NCBI GenBank assembly: GCA_048882045.1
Contig: JBHLRZ010000020.1
Span: 1-63,021 of the forward strand
Direction of reading: 5' to 3'
DNA: 63,021 bases
Source: Candidatus Thorarchaeota archaeon
GTDB taxonomy: Archaea > Asgardarchaeota > Thorarchaeia > Thorarchaeales > Thorarchaeaceae
Below are positions 38,285 through 48,583 of the stretch, one piece after another. Position 1 is the stretch's first letter. Each line of letters begins with the position of its first letter. The notes under the pieces are model-generated. The model was not told the origin of the DNA, searched no databases, and saw only the letters and a program-made list of their open reading frames with translations. A program made the translations under genes and the position numbers.

Positions 38285-41200
38285 TCATAGTTCCTCCATT
38301 AGGGTTGCTGGCCATCGTGTCTTCCCGACTATCTGTGCTACAACATCACGATCAAGATATCGCTGGAGTATTCTGAGATAGGCTATTATTTCTTCCTCCC
38401 CCAGGTTGGGAACAGAACGAGCTCCAAACAGAAACTCTACTGACACGTCAACGAGTTCTCTAGCTGGAACTTGTGATTCTGCAGTGTTCACAGCAACATT
38501 TCTTGCTGTTTTGAACAGACCCACAGAGATTGCTTGTGTCGCTTGAGGCTTCCACTCTCCCAGAACTTGTGAAAGGACATCTGCGAAAGCCGCCTCTTCA
38601 TCAGGGACCCATGCAGACCTTCCATATTCGTCAACTCTTAGCTTCATGTGTTTACGAAGAATTCTATCTCTTTGCAGAGGATCGTTCATGATTGTGTTTG
38701 CAGCCTCTGTCTGTTTCTCCAAGTCTATACTATTCCGCAAACATTCCAAGACAAGACGTGAGGATGCATGACTGAGAGCTCTGAAACATCCTTTGACAAC
38801 TGATAGTGAGTCAGCCAGAGGTACACTCGTCAGAATCTTTTCAGCAATGGCATTTGATGAAACCTCAAGCCAGTCAGACCCGTCTAGCTGAAGCTTGCTG
38901 GCCATGACAGCCTCTTGAATGGAGGAGCTAATTCGATTCTGAAGAGTGTCCTGGTAGCTTCTTAGCTTGAGAGGTACCTGAGGATGTACATCCGCCACTC
39001 CATACACAGCTGACCGTAAGCCATAGACATACTCTGCGAGAGCATCAATACTTGCGGATGCTGGAACGCTACCACTCAAGACCTGACGCTCTGTCTGTTT
39101 GAGAAGCTTATCTGCTAAAGCACGATCCTGTAGTCCCGCTATGACTGGAACCAATCCTGCACTACCAAATGCGTCAGGAGAAACTCCGACGCCCTCTGCA
39201 GCGGTGATCATTGAATTGACTGCTTCAATCGCTTCATCAATTATTCGAAGAGATCCCGCGCTTGAAGACTTCGAGATTGTTTGAAGAGCCGCAATGCGTT
39301 CCTTGTTTCCTGGTTCAAGAATGAGCTTTTCAAGAATAGGAGACACGGCAGTTTCCTTTGCTCGATCATTGATTTCTACAGAGGTTATGTACTTCGCAAT
39401 TTGCTTCAGTTTGATTGTTGGGAGCATTAGTCTAACTACTATAGGTACAACAGTTTCCTGTTGCACAGTTTCCAACACTTTTGTCAAAGCCGCCATTTTT
39501 GGAATGGTCTCCTTCGCGAAGATCTTTTGAGCCACCTCATCGACCTGTCTGATATTCATCAAGAACTTGACGAGGTAATCTTCTTCTACATGCCCTTCAA
39601 CCATTGATAGAAGAAATACTTGATTTACCTCTTGATTTTGCAGGGCATTTGCGAAACTGAGAATATCATCCTTGGCTAATTCAACAAAGGTTGACTGGGT
39701 TTTCTCATCCATTGACTCCAAATGACGAATTACCTCCAAACCAGGTACAACCAATCTATTGGATAGTATGTCTCTGAATGTTTGGACGGCTTCATCGATA
39801 GAGCCATCCTCTAACTCTGTAAGTGCTTTATAATGGAGACCCCTGTCGTTTTGGTTCAGAAGAAGATAGATCCTTGATGCTTTTGCATAGTCACCCTCTG
39901 AAGCTGTTTGAGCAGCAAGACTCTGCAAGTCAACTCGTACTTGATCGCCATAATAATGCATCAATGCTCCCATCATTTTTTCAGGAAGGTCTTCCTTTAC
40001 AGCTATTCTAGTCGCAGCTCTTGTCAGTCTGTTCTTTCCGTACATGTCAAACGCTTTTTCGTGATTTCCATCTTTTTCAGCCTCCATTGCTTCTTGAAGC
40101 GTAGCCACTTTTGAACCAAGTCTGCGAGTGTAGAGTCCACTGATCACAACTGCGATACCAAGGGCTGGGATTACATACAAGAGTACTGGAGAAACCCAAT
40201 GACCAATCACGAACAATGGAGTATTGTAGTTGCAACATTCGGTGGATTGAGATCCGATTGTTATTAGAACATTCAAAATCTGGTCTCCAGCGTGTCCGAA
40301 CAGGAGCATCATCTCGAATCTATTGGATGAATATCCTGGCGTCCAGGACGCATCGGCCACAAGCAAGATTTCATTGTTCAGGCTGATTTGAACAGTTGTT
40401 TCTGCAACAACATCCTGAGGGTTGTATACGGAAATATCAATCTGCCAAGTTCCAAGCTCTACGTACGAAGAGGATACAATTGATTGGATCTCTAGGTTGG
40501 GCCATTCGAGAATGATCTGATTGTAGAATGTTTCATTCGTACCTGTATCAGTAATCTCTAGATTGTATATGCCCAATGTTGCTGATTCACTAAACTGAAT
40601 TTCAAAATGACCCATCTCACTACTGGTGCTTATTGCAGTTCCTGATGTGAGAAGGTTGTCCTGAGTGTCATAGACTCTGACCTCGTAAGTACCATCTGAT
40701 GCATAGATGTTTCCTACAGGATCGTGCATACCTAGTGGCAATTGGTATGTTGACCCAGGATAAGCGCGTGGTGAATGAGAGGGACCAATGCCTAAGGTCC
40801 GCTCCATGATTGGAAATGGAGTTGCATCCCAATCGTAAATTGTGACATCAGGATCTCCGAAAATTATGAACTGAAGGCAACTAGCTCCTATCATAGCAGC
40901 ATCAGAAACGGAAACGTATGTGTCTTTTCCAATATCATGAGGCGCGTATCTATGTGAATTGATCCCAAAAGCATCATCTAATGCAGCCCCAAGCGACATT
41001 GCTGAATCCACCATATTGCTAAGGACATTATACTCCACCATATCCGCAGGACCGACCAGAGTGTCGGTACGACATGCGACAACCGCATCAGCTCCTCTTT
41101 CCATGATCATACTTGGTCCATAACTGGAACCAATCTGACAAGAATCCAAGAATGCAAACATCCCTCGGAGATTTGTGCCTACAAAGAGATCTCCGATATC

Positions 41201-43510
41201 ATAGATAAGAAGATTGGAATGGGATGGATTAACCACGCCATAGGGACTCTCTTCGGTGTCTGCATCAGGATTGGAAGCAGACCAGCCATCGTCATAAGCT
41301 CTCCAGGTATTTGTATCGAAGAGTGCTGCTTGACCATCGTACTCATAAAGGTCTGTTCCAGTTGCTCCATGGATTGTAGCAACCCATGCATATGGTGCAT
41401 CAGCTAGCTCACTGATAGTACTTGGTCCTACTTGCATGACAGATGTGAGTCCAGCACTAGACACTAATGTTGGGAAGTCATTTGAGTTGTCTATTGTTGA
41501 GTATTGATAGTTATTATTCATGATTGAGTCAATGTACGAGTAGACGAGGTAGCTTCCAAGTGCTTCATGAGACCTACTAGGTAGTGACATCAGCGGGATT
41601 CTGAGTATGGACCTCATGATCTGGACAAGAGTTGCAGATGTGTCAACTGAGGAGTATCTTCCAACATCTGCCTTGCCAGTCAAGGCTCTATCGAAAGAAG
41701 GTGGGAGAGTCTGTCCTGGACCGTAGTATGGTGCAATAGTAATTACGTCATCCACTGTGTTCACTCCGACCTGTTGAGAGAGCCATGAAAAGAAACTGTC
41801 AGCAATAGCCGTCATCGTACTCACCGGAGGATTCATGCCGCTGAAGTCTATGTCGTCAGTAAAGATATCTAGTAACGATACAGTAGCCACCAGTGGCATC
41901 TGATATTCTTGGTTCCAGTTAATCTGTTCAGGAATCTGTGAAATGCTCATCACATTTGAATCACCGTAGCTGAACGGAATCGCCGGAGCTCTCCTTTGAG
42001 CGCCTGATAGTCCTGCAGCTGCAAAAGATGTTTCAACTGAATCATAGAGTATGACCGAACCCTGAGATGAACTTCTTCCACTGAGAGCTGAAACCAACGA
42101 TTGAACTTGAGTAAAATTCTCAATATTGTGCACTGTGAATGCTAGGGATTCAAGCTCACTCTCAATTGATGGATCTACATTACCTGTAGGACTCATAAAA
42201 TAGACAGTCTGAGGTGAGACTGCGTTAATAGCATTAAGGGTGACTGCATCGAGTGATCCATCGCTGGTATAGAGTAGAGGAGCACCAAGAAGTGAAGCAA
42301 GACTCGCCCCGTTTGCTGCACTTGCAGCAGCTGCTTCGTATTCTGGATTGAGTACATTCTTTGTGATGGTCAGATCATAGCTTGTAGAGCTGTCTTCCGC
42401 AGCGAAGACATAAGCACGATACTCACCAGGTTGAGGATGAGATAGGCTTACTGAGATGTCACTGACCTCATTGATGCCTTTCATCAGTGCATACCGATTG
42501 CCACTGAGAATGAGATCACCTGATGGTCCGAGTACATTGAGACCTATGTTTCTGGGTACTCCTCCAACCACTGATAGGTCAAAGTCTATTCTGCAGTCCT
42601 GATCTGAAGGTATAGTAAACGAGTAGAAGTCTGCGTCTGGTTCTTCTATATTGAATGTACAACTGACTGTTCGTGAAGAGGGATATAGGTCAATCAAGTG
42701 TAGAGTGAGTGTCGCTCCCGAACGTTCCTGATAAGGACACATAACCGTAATCCCATCATAATAGGGGAAGTCAACTGGATAGTATTCACCTCCCTCATGG
42801 GAGAGGAGGTCGAACCATGTGAATTCGTCGCCGCCTGAAACCCGGATAATGGCTCCGCCCCCAAATGGAGTAAATCCACCAGTCCATTCCCAGTCATTGC
42901 TTGATGATGTAGTTCCAGACTGAGTACGCGTTGACATTGAACTCAGTGTGGAACTTGTATCGTACAGTACCTCGCTGGATGAGAACTGATTCAGTATCGG
43001 AGCCTCAGCGAGTACAACAGAACGAGCTCCGACGAAAAACTCTGAAGCAAGGTTTGCAGCCATTTCAACATGGTTGCTACCTGTGATTGTGTGGTGCGTG
43101 TCTGCAATGGATGTCAATGCAGTATGATCGGTATTTTGGACGTTCCCAATGAATACGAGCTCATTCATAGACCCTCCAAGAAACTCAATCCACTCGTTCA
43201 ACGGAGAAGCATAGTTTTCAATATCATCGGGGAGTAGGAGTCCAGAAGCGGTATGAGTCCGGTTTGATCTTATTGTGAAAGGCACAGCGGCCAGATAGTT
43301 GAACGCATCTGTCATTTCATTCCCAGAGTCTCCAACCATTACACTCAGATCCATTGGGATGACCCCAGAGTAGCCCGTCTGTGCAGTTTCTGCTCCTCTG
43401 AGCTGGAATGCAATTGTATTCTGAGTATCTGAAGGCAAACTCCATCCAAGAAACGCTGGTGCCATCAGCATAACTGCTATCCATCCGATAATCACAAGAC
43501 GACCCTTCAT
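38285..43510 (-). CDS. Giant single-pass membrane protein: cell-wall-binding-2-like, peptidase C25 (gingipain)-like and Ig-like domains, TM, cytoplasmic alpha-solenoid
   Basis: Signal peptide; LASLLGAPLLYT; DVGRY, IHG, LDSC, IFGDP; TM VLLYVIPALGIAVVISGLY; ~600 aa helical TPR-like tail. Confidence 0.6.
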   Translation of the reverse strand: MKGRLVIIGWIAVMLMAPAFLGWSLPSDTQNTIAFQLRGAETAQTGYSGVIPMDLSVMVGDSGNEMTDAFNYLAAVPFTIRSNRTHTASGLLLPDDIENYASPLNEWIEFLGGSMNELVFIGNVQNTDHTALTSIADTHHTITGSNHVEMAANLASEFFVGARSVVLAEAPILNQFSSSEVLYDTSSTLSSMSTRTQSGTTSSSNDWEWTGGFTPFGGGAIIRVSGGDEFTWFDLLSHEGGEYYPVDFPYYDGITVMCPYQERSGATLTLHLIDLYPSSRTVSCTFNIEEPDADFYSFTIPSDQDCRIDFDLSVVGGVPRNIGLNVLGPSGDLILSGNRYALMKGINEVSDISVSLSHPQPGEYRAYVFAAEDSSTSYDLTITKNVLNPEYEAAAASAANGASLASLLGAPLLYTSDGSLDAVTLNAINAVSPQTVYFMSPTGNVDPSIESELESLAFTVHNIENFTQVQSLVSALSGRSSSQGSVILYDSVETSFAAAGLSGAQRRAPAIPFSYGDSNVMSISQIPEQINWNQEYQMPLVATVSLLDIFTDDIDFSGMNPPVSTMTAIADSFFSWLSQQVGVNTVDDVITIAPYYGPGQTLPPSFDRALTGKADVGRYSSVDTSATLVQIMRSILRIPLMSLPSRSHEALGSYLVYSYIDSIMNNNYQYSTIDNSNDFPTLVSSAGLTSVMQVGPSTISELADAPYAWVATIHGATGTDLYEYDGQAALFDTNTWRAYDDGWSASNPDADTEESPYGVVNPSHSNLLIYDIGDLFVGTNLRGMFAFLDSCQIGSSYGPSMIMERGADAVVACRTDTLVGPADMVEYNVLSNMVDSAMSLGAALDDAFGINSHRYAPHDIGKDTYVSVSDAAMIGASCLQFIIFGDPDVTIYDWDATPFPIMERTLGIGPSHSPRAYPGSTYQLPLGMHDPVGNIYASDGTYEVRVYDTQDNLLTSGTAISTSSEMGHFEIQFSESATLGIYNLEITDTGTNETFYNQIILEWPNLEIQSIVSSSYVELGTWQIDISVYNPQDVVAETTVQISLNNEILLVADASWTPGYSSNRFEMMLLFGHAGDQILNVLITIGSQSTECCNYNTPLFVIGHWVSPVLLYVIPALGIAVVISGLYTRRLGSKVATLQEAMEAEKDGNHEKAFDMYGKNRLTRAATRIAVKEDLPEKMMGALMHYYGDQVRVDLQSLAAQTASEGDYAKASRIYLLLNQNDRGLHYKALTELEDGSIDEAVQTFRDILSNRLVVPGLEVIRHLESMDEKTQSTFVELAKDDILSFANALQNQEVNQVFLLSMVEGHVEEDYLVKFLMNIRQVDEVAQKIFAKETIPKMAALTKVLETVQQETVVPIVVRLMLPTIKLKQIAKYITSVEINDRAKETAVSPILEKLILEPGNKERIAALQTISKSSSAGSLRIIDEAIEAVNSMITAAEGVGVSPDAFGSAGLVPVIAGLQDRALADKLLKQTERQVLSGSVPASASIDALAEYVYGLRSAVYGVADVHPQVPLKLRSYQDTLQNRISSSIQEAVMASKLQLDGSDWLEVSSNAIAEKILTSVPLADSLSVVKGCFRALSHASSRLVLECLRNSIDLEKQTEAANTIMNDPLQRDRILRKHMKLRVDEYGRSAWVPDEEAAFADVLSQVLGEWKPQATQAISVGLFKTARNVAVNTAESQVPARELVDVSVEFLFGARSVPNLGEEEIIAYLRILQRYLDRDVVAQIVGKTRWPATLMEEL

Positions 43511-43662
43511 AGTCCAGCTCCCTCCTCAATGGTTGCTACCAGATTCTCTCTAGTCCTCTTCGTTTTCAAAAGTCTCAGTACTGTGATCAGTAGCAAGACA
43601 CCTAGAACTGCAACAGCAGTTAGTGTTAGTATCTGTAACATGTCTGCAATACTCTGCATCAT
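43507..43662 (-). CDS. 51-aa single-TM microprotein (absent from the ORF track)
   Basis: MMQSIADMLQILTLTAVAVLGVLLLITVLRLLKTKRTRENLVATIEEGAGL*; ATGA overlaps with both neighbours. Confidence 0.75.
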   Translation of the reverse strand: MMQSIADMLQILTLTAVAVLGVLLLITVLRLLKTKRTRENLVATIEEGAGL

Positions 43663-46600
43663 TTTTCACCCTCTTGTGTTACTTCATCCTCAGGGTTCCG
43701 TTTCGATATTCCGGACATCCTGCGGAACATTCTCTCGTTCAAAAGAACCACTACCAGTGCTGGAAATATACTCCCAGCTATAATGGCCCCTATCATAGCC
43801 ATCTCCCCGCTGGGCATTGGCATGTCATACCTTAGCGGAGTCGGATCATACAGATCGGAAATGCCATCGTTATCAGAATCAGCATCAAAGATATCTGTAC
43901 CGGCTTCCCACTCCTCCTTGTTCGTGAGACCGTCTCCATCTGCATCTGCGTCTGCGTCAGCAACAAGCGGATCTGTACCCGCTAGGTATTCCTCGTAGTC
44001 CGTCATTGAGTCTCCGTCGGTGTCTTCCAGAGTCGGATCGGTACCAAATTGGAGTACTTCGAATCCATCACTAAGTTGATCAGAGTCCGTGTCCGTCGAG
44101 AGCGGGTTCGAACCTAATATGTGAACTTCATAACCATCTTCCAAGAGATCATTGTCTGAGTCTGCTTCCACAGGATTGGTCCCATAGACTTCAACTTCTT
44201 CAAGGTCTCCAAGCTCATCTGAGTCTGTGTCTCCGTTGTTTGGTAGACAACCATTGAGGTATTCATCGAGATTTGAAAGGCCATCCGAATCAAAGTCATC
44301 TCCTGCATCATCATGAGTAAGGTTGAATCCATAGGTATACTCCCACATGTCAGGCATAAGGTCGTAATCCGAATCGCTATTCCCTGGATTTGAACCAATT
44401 ACAAACTCCTGAAGGTTTGTAAGTCCGTCAACATCGAGGTCTCCATCAGCATCATCTACATTAGGTTTCAAGCCATTGTGATACTCCCACGCATCTAACA
44501 TCATATCAGAATCTGTATCATTTGTGTTGGGGAGTGTCCCGATGAGAAACTCATCGAGATTCGACAGTGTGTCGAAGTCAAGGTCGTCTGCAGAATCATT
44601 GAGAAGCGGATTTAGTCCATTGTAGTATTCCCATCCATCTGGCATGAGATCAGAGTCCGAGTCGTTTGAGAATGGATCTGTCCCCAAAGCATTTTCAAGA
44701 TCATCATCCAAACCATCGAAATCTGCGTCGGATGGTGTCGAAAAGACCATTAGATACATATCCATGGCTCCGCTCAGTGAAGCGTCATACGCATTGACAA
44801 GTGGAAAGTTGCTGGATGCGGTCCAACCTGTGATATACACATTACCTGTTTGATCCAATCTCAGTTCTCTAGGACCATCATTACTAGAACCTCCATAGTA
44901 GCTAGAATATTTTAGGCCATTGCAGGTGCTGTTGACCTTGAATAGGAAGCCATCCTCCCCTCCGGATGAAGTGTTGGAAAAAGCATTGACTACTGGAAGG
45001 TTTGATGATGTCGTTGGACCAGTTAAGTACGTGTTACCCCATTTGTCTACATCAACACCATAAACAGTTTCATCACCGCTACCTCCGACAAAGGTAGAAG
45101 CAATCCTCGTACCATCAGTGATGTTGAACTTCGTGACAAAAGCATCCCAACCCCCATTGTAAGTATTGTCATAAGCGTTAAGAACGGGGAAGTCCGAAGA
45201 TGTTGTACATCCTCCTACATAGAGATAATCATCAAGTGCAATCCCACCTCTGCCAAGATACTCATCTCCTCCGCCTCCTAAATATGTGGAGTAAATCAGT
45301 TCGTTTCCTGAGGCATTGAGCTTACAAACAAAAATATCTGTCACTCCATTGAGTGTGTCATCCTCTGCATTGATTGTAGGAAAGTTTGATGACCATGTGC
45401 GGCCTGTGATGTAGATGTTTCCATCAGAGTCGACTGCACTCCCATATTCATATTCTTCATTGGACCCTCCTAAATACGTAGAGAAGATTAAAGTTTCAAA
45501 TGTCGGAGAAATCTTCAACGCAAAAGCTTCCCTTGCGCCATTATGAGTTAGGTCGTATCCATTCAGAGTTGGGAAATTAGAAGATGAGGTGGAACCTGTG
45601 ACAATCACATTTCCGGATTCATCAATGTGTATTTGTCCTCCAAGATCATCTCCATTGCCGCCAATATAGGTCGAGTTGAGTAATTGGTTTCCAGCTGAGT
45701 TGAAGCGTACCAGAAAAACATCTGCTCCTCCTCCATTGTGCGTGGAATCATATGCTCCAGTAGTGGGAAAGTTCGTTGAGGAGGTCCACCCAGATATCAA
45801 GATGTTTCCATCTGGCTCTATATACATCCTCTGACCTCGTTCCCTATCTGAGCCACCAATGAATGTAGAGAAAATGATTGCAGCACCATCTGGATCGTAT
45901 TTCAATAGAAAAGCGTCGTAAAGACCACTATTGTATGTAGAATCATAAGCATCTTGGGTTGGGAAGTTAGAAGAATATGTGTGCCCAGATACGTAAACAT
46001 AACCTTGGGAGTCCACCTGAATTGCATAGCCTGTGTCATCATTACTTCCTCCAATATATGTTGAAGAAAGTAAAGGATCTATGACGAGTTCTTTGGAAGG
46101 GTCATAGTCACCAATATTGAAGCAAATCATGCTATCAGATATCATATCAAAATTTGCATGTATCTCTTGATTCCCCTGAGTCACGACTAACCCATCATCA
46201 GTGAATGTCTTGTCCTGAATTTCAACACTGACAGATTCAGGGTTCGCAACAAGTCTATCTTGACCAGAGTATTGAATTCTAATCTGACTTGGATCTGAAC
46301 CAGCTGCAACAAGAAAATGATACTTTGCACCTTTTGCTGTGGCTTTATATTCAAGGTCAATTCCTGGCCATAGATTTTCATAACGAATTTTACGGAATGA
46401 AGATACGTCTGTGTAAGTCCCTCTGTTACCCAAGAAGTAGTTACTCTTCGAATTGGTTGCTCCTTGCTTTGTAGGAATCACTTCTGCTGCTTCTACGAAG
46501 GACATCATAATACAGTTCGTGGTGCCTTCGAGCCAGAGTAGAACCTTATCCACTCCAAAACCGATCATGCCTCCTGGGAATCTTCCATAGAAAAGGACTT

Positions 46601-46826
46601 CTTCGTTGTCAACCTGTCCCAGATTCTCCTGAAAGATACTCATCATCATATCTTGGGCTGTCTTAGTGATTTGTTCCTCGTTGAGTCCTAGCTCCTCTCT
46701 TGTAGAACTCTGGATATCATCACGCAGAAGGGATAAATCCTCTGTCATCTCGATTAATGGTGTTATTGAGATCGAGAGTGATGCAATGAACAAGAACACG
46801 AGGAATACACTATGCGCCCTCTTCAT
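43659..46826 (-). CDS. Surface protein with SBBP beta-propeller repeats, thrombospondin-3-like Ca-binding repeats and C-terminal TM
   Basis: EN.GQ, LVIDP, repeated STY.GG...D....I.VD..GN.Y.TG.T.S.NFP; many DSD.D.L.D..E...GT.P repeats. Confidence 0.85.
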   Translation of the reverse strand: MKRAHSVFLVFLFIASLSISITPLIEMTEDLSLLRDDIQSSTREELGLNEEQITKTAQDMMMSIFQENLGQVDNEEVLFYGRFPGGMIGFGVDKVLLWLEGTTNCIMMSFVEAAEVIPTKQGATNSKSNYFLGNRGTYTDVSSFRKIRYENLWPGIDLEYKATAKGAKYHFLVAAGSDPSQIRIQYSGQDRLVANPESVSVEIQDKTFTDDGLVVTQGNQEIHANFDMISDSMICFNIGDYDPSKELVIDPLLSSTYIGGSNDDTGYAIQVDSQGYVYVSGHTYSSNFPTQDAYDSTYNSGLYDAFLLKYDPDGAAIIFSTFIGGSDRERGQRMYIEPDGNILISGWTSSTNFPTTGAYDSTHNGGGADVFLVRFNSAGNQLLNSTYIGGNGDDLGGQIHIDESGNVIVTGSTSSSNFPTLNGYDLTHNGAREAFALKISPTFETLIFSTYLGGSNEEYEYGSAVDSDGNIYITGRTWSSNFPTINAEDDTLNGVTDIFVCKLNASGNELIYSTYLGGGGDEYLGRGGIALDDYLYVGGCTTSSDFPVLNAYDNTYNGGWDAFVTKFNITDGTRIASTFVGGSGDETVYGVDVDKWGNTYLTGPTTSSNLPVVNAFSNTSSGGEDGFLFKVNSTCNGLKYSSYYGGSSNDGPRELRLDQTGNVYITGWTASSNFPLVNAYDASLSGAMDMYLMVFSTPSDADFDGLDDDLENALGTDPFSNDSDSDLMPDGWEYYNGLNPLLNDSADDLDFDTLSNLDEFLIGTLPNTNDTDSDMMLDAWEYHNGLKPNVDDADGDLDVDGLTNLQEFVIGSNPGNSDSDYDLMPDMWEYTYGFNLTHDDAGDDFDSDGLSNLDEYLNGCLPNNGDTDSDELGDLEEVEVYGTNPVEADSDNDLLEDGYEVHILGSNPLSTDTDSDQLSDGFEVLQFGTDPTLEDTDGDSMTDYEEYLAGTDPLVADADADADGDGLTNKEEWEAGTDIFDADSDNDGISDLYDPTPLRYDMPMPSGEMAMIGAIIAGSIFPALVVVLLNERMFRRMSGISKRNPEDEVTQEGEK

Positions 46827-46974
46827 GTACCTTGCCTCCCTATGGCATTCTCAGTAATAATATCGTACCTTAAGTTTCTTCGGGAATTCTTCTCAGCGCT
46901 GGAAATCCGGGGTATGCACCCAACATAGAGTTCTTAACTGGATTAACTGACAAAAATATTGAGGGTTCTTAATT

Positions 46975-47979
46975 ATGGTTAAGATTTATGACACTATCAT
47001 AATTGGTGGTGGGCCTGCTGGTACTTCAGCAGCACTACACTTGGCTTATCATGAGAGAAAGGTCTTGGTGCTTGATAGAGGAACCAGCCCAATGCATTTC
47101 CATACCAATTCAATCCTCAACTTCTCAGGATCTGTCTACCATGAAGGCAGAAGTCTCCTTCGTAATCTACAAGGAGAAGCACGAGCTGCTGGAGCAGAAT
47201 TCAAAGCTGCTGATGTAGTAGAAGTGTCTGGGCGGTTCCCCAAATTCACCGTCCGGACTGAACCTAGCTATCGCACACAGGACAAGAGTGAGTATCAGGC
47301 ACGAACACTTCTCATAGCTACTGGCACCTCTAGAAAACATCCAAAAGTGGACGGTCAGTGGCGAGGATGGTTGCCTGTAGCAAATGTGGGTAATGGAGCC
47401 TTCTATTGCCCAGACTGTGAGGCACCACTCTGTAAGGATAAAGAAGTTCTCATTGTCAATGCTGGTACAGCTGGTAGTGCCATACATGTAGCAAATTCAC
47501 TGACTCGGTTTACTAAGAAGATCAAGATTCTCATGACTGAAGATGCTTACATGCCATATGAGATGAACGACTTTTCGAAACTGGATGAATCACCGTACGA
47601 GTGGACCTCTGGAAAGATCAAGTCCATAGACTTCCCAAGGCCTGGAGTTGCTCAGTCTGTAACTCTAGAAGATGGTCGAAAGCTGAAAGCAAACGTGTTT
47701 TTTGTTGCCTATATAGATGTCACAAGGTCAGAACTAGCTCAACAGATAGGTGTTGAAGTTGATAGGAAAGGAAATGTTCTGACAGACCACCGAGGCAAGA
47801 CCAATATCGAAGGAGTATGGGCTGCTGGTGATGTGAGACCCATAACTCAGCAGGTTGCCATGGCTGTAGGCACGGGCAATTATGCAGCATTGATGATGAA
47901 CCAGTTCCTTGGAAATGACTACGAACAGGGAGAAGAATTTGACCATCCAGATTATAGACGGGCCTTGCACATTGAATAA
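46975..47979 (+). CDS. TrxR-like NAD(P)/FAD-dependent oxidoreductase
   Basis: IIGGGPAG, YCPDCE, TNIEGVWAAGDV. Confidence 0.85.
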   Translation: MVKIYDTIIIGGGPAGTSAALHLAYHERKVLVLDRGTSPMHFHTNSILNFSGSVYHEGRSLLRNLQGEARAAGAEFKAADVVEVSGRFPKFTVRTEPSYRTQDKSEYQARTLLIATGTSRKHPKVDGQWRGWLPVANVGNGAFYCPDCEAPLCKDKEVLIVNAGTAGSAIHVANSLTRFTKKIKILMTEDAYMPYEMNDFSKLDESPYEWTSGKIKSIDFPRPGVAQSVTLEDGRKLKANVFFVAYIDVTRSELAQQIGVEVDRKGNVLTDHRGKTNIEGVWAAGDVRPITQQVAMAVGTGNYAALMMNQFLGNDYEQGEEFDHPDYRRALHIE

Positions 47980-48074
47980 TAGGGTAGAGCTCCATTCATC
48001 GCTGCCACAGAGCTATGCTTATATGTTGATATATAACTATTGTTAACTATCTCGCGTTAAGGAGATTCGATCAA

Positions 48075-48557
48075 TTGAGCGGAATAGATGCAGAGATACT
48101 TTCGATTCTTGACGAACAGATTGAGGTTGAACAGAGGGCTCTGGAGAAACTAGCACGTCTTGAAGATGATTCCCAGGAAGCAGTAGTAAGACTAGTTTTC
48201 CTAGATTTGAGATTGGACACATGGAAGCACATTAAGTTCTTGGAAAGTATGAAGGAGATGATTACTGCAGTCCCATGTGATGAGTGGTCTGCTAAGGTAG
48301 GCCGCTATACTGGGAGAGTCAAACTGGACAGAGAATTGGAGTCACTCGCCAAGGACGAAAAAAAGATGATTGAATTGCTTGACAGAGCACTAGAGAAGAT
48401 GAAAGATCCGGTCGCACGGTTACTCATTGAGCATATGAAAGACGAGGAGAATTCACACAACAAAGACCTGATAGAACTTAGTAGACTGATTCAGATGGTT
48501 CCCCTTCAATCAAAAAAAGGTCAGAAGGGAACAGATATAGTGTGTGAGCCAGACTAG
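48075..48557 (+). CDS. Ferritin-like / rubrerythrin-like protein
   Basis: DTWKH, DE, DEENSH motifs. Confidence 0.75.
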   Translation: MSGIDAEILSILDEQIEVEQRALEKLARLEDDSQEAVVRLVFLDLRLDTWKHIKFLESMKEMITAVPCDEWSAKVGRYTGRVKLDRELESLAKDEKKMIELLDRALEKMKDPVARLLIEHMKDEENSHNKDLIELSRLIQMVPLQSKKGQKGTDIVCEPD

Positions 48558-48583
48558 TAGAGCAGTCAAGGAGATTTCTACAG

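Noticed and set aside
43317-43835. Listed short ORFs 43317-43529, 43529-43783 and 43623-43835
   Set aside because: They overlap real genes out of frame or antisense; the coupled 51-aa ORF fits the gap exactly.
44100-44115. ggttcgaacc tRNA T-loop-like motif
   Set aside because: It lies inside a CDS and forms no cloverleaf.
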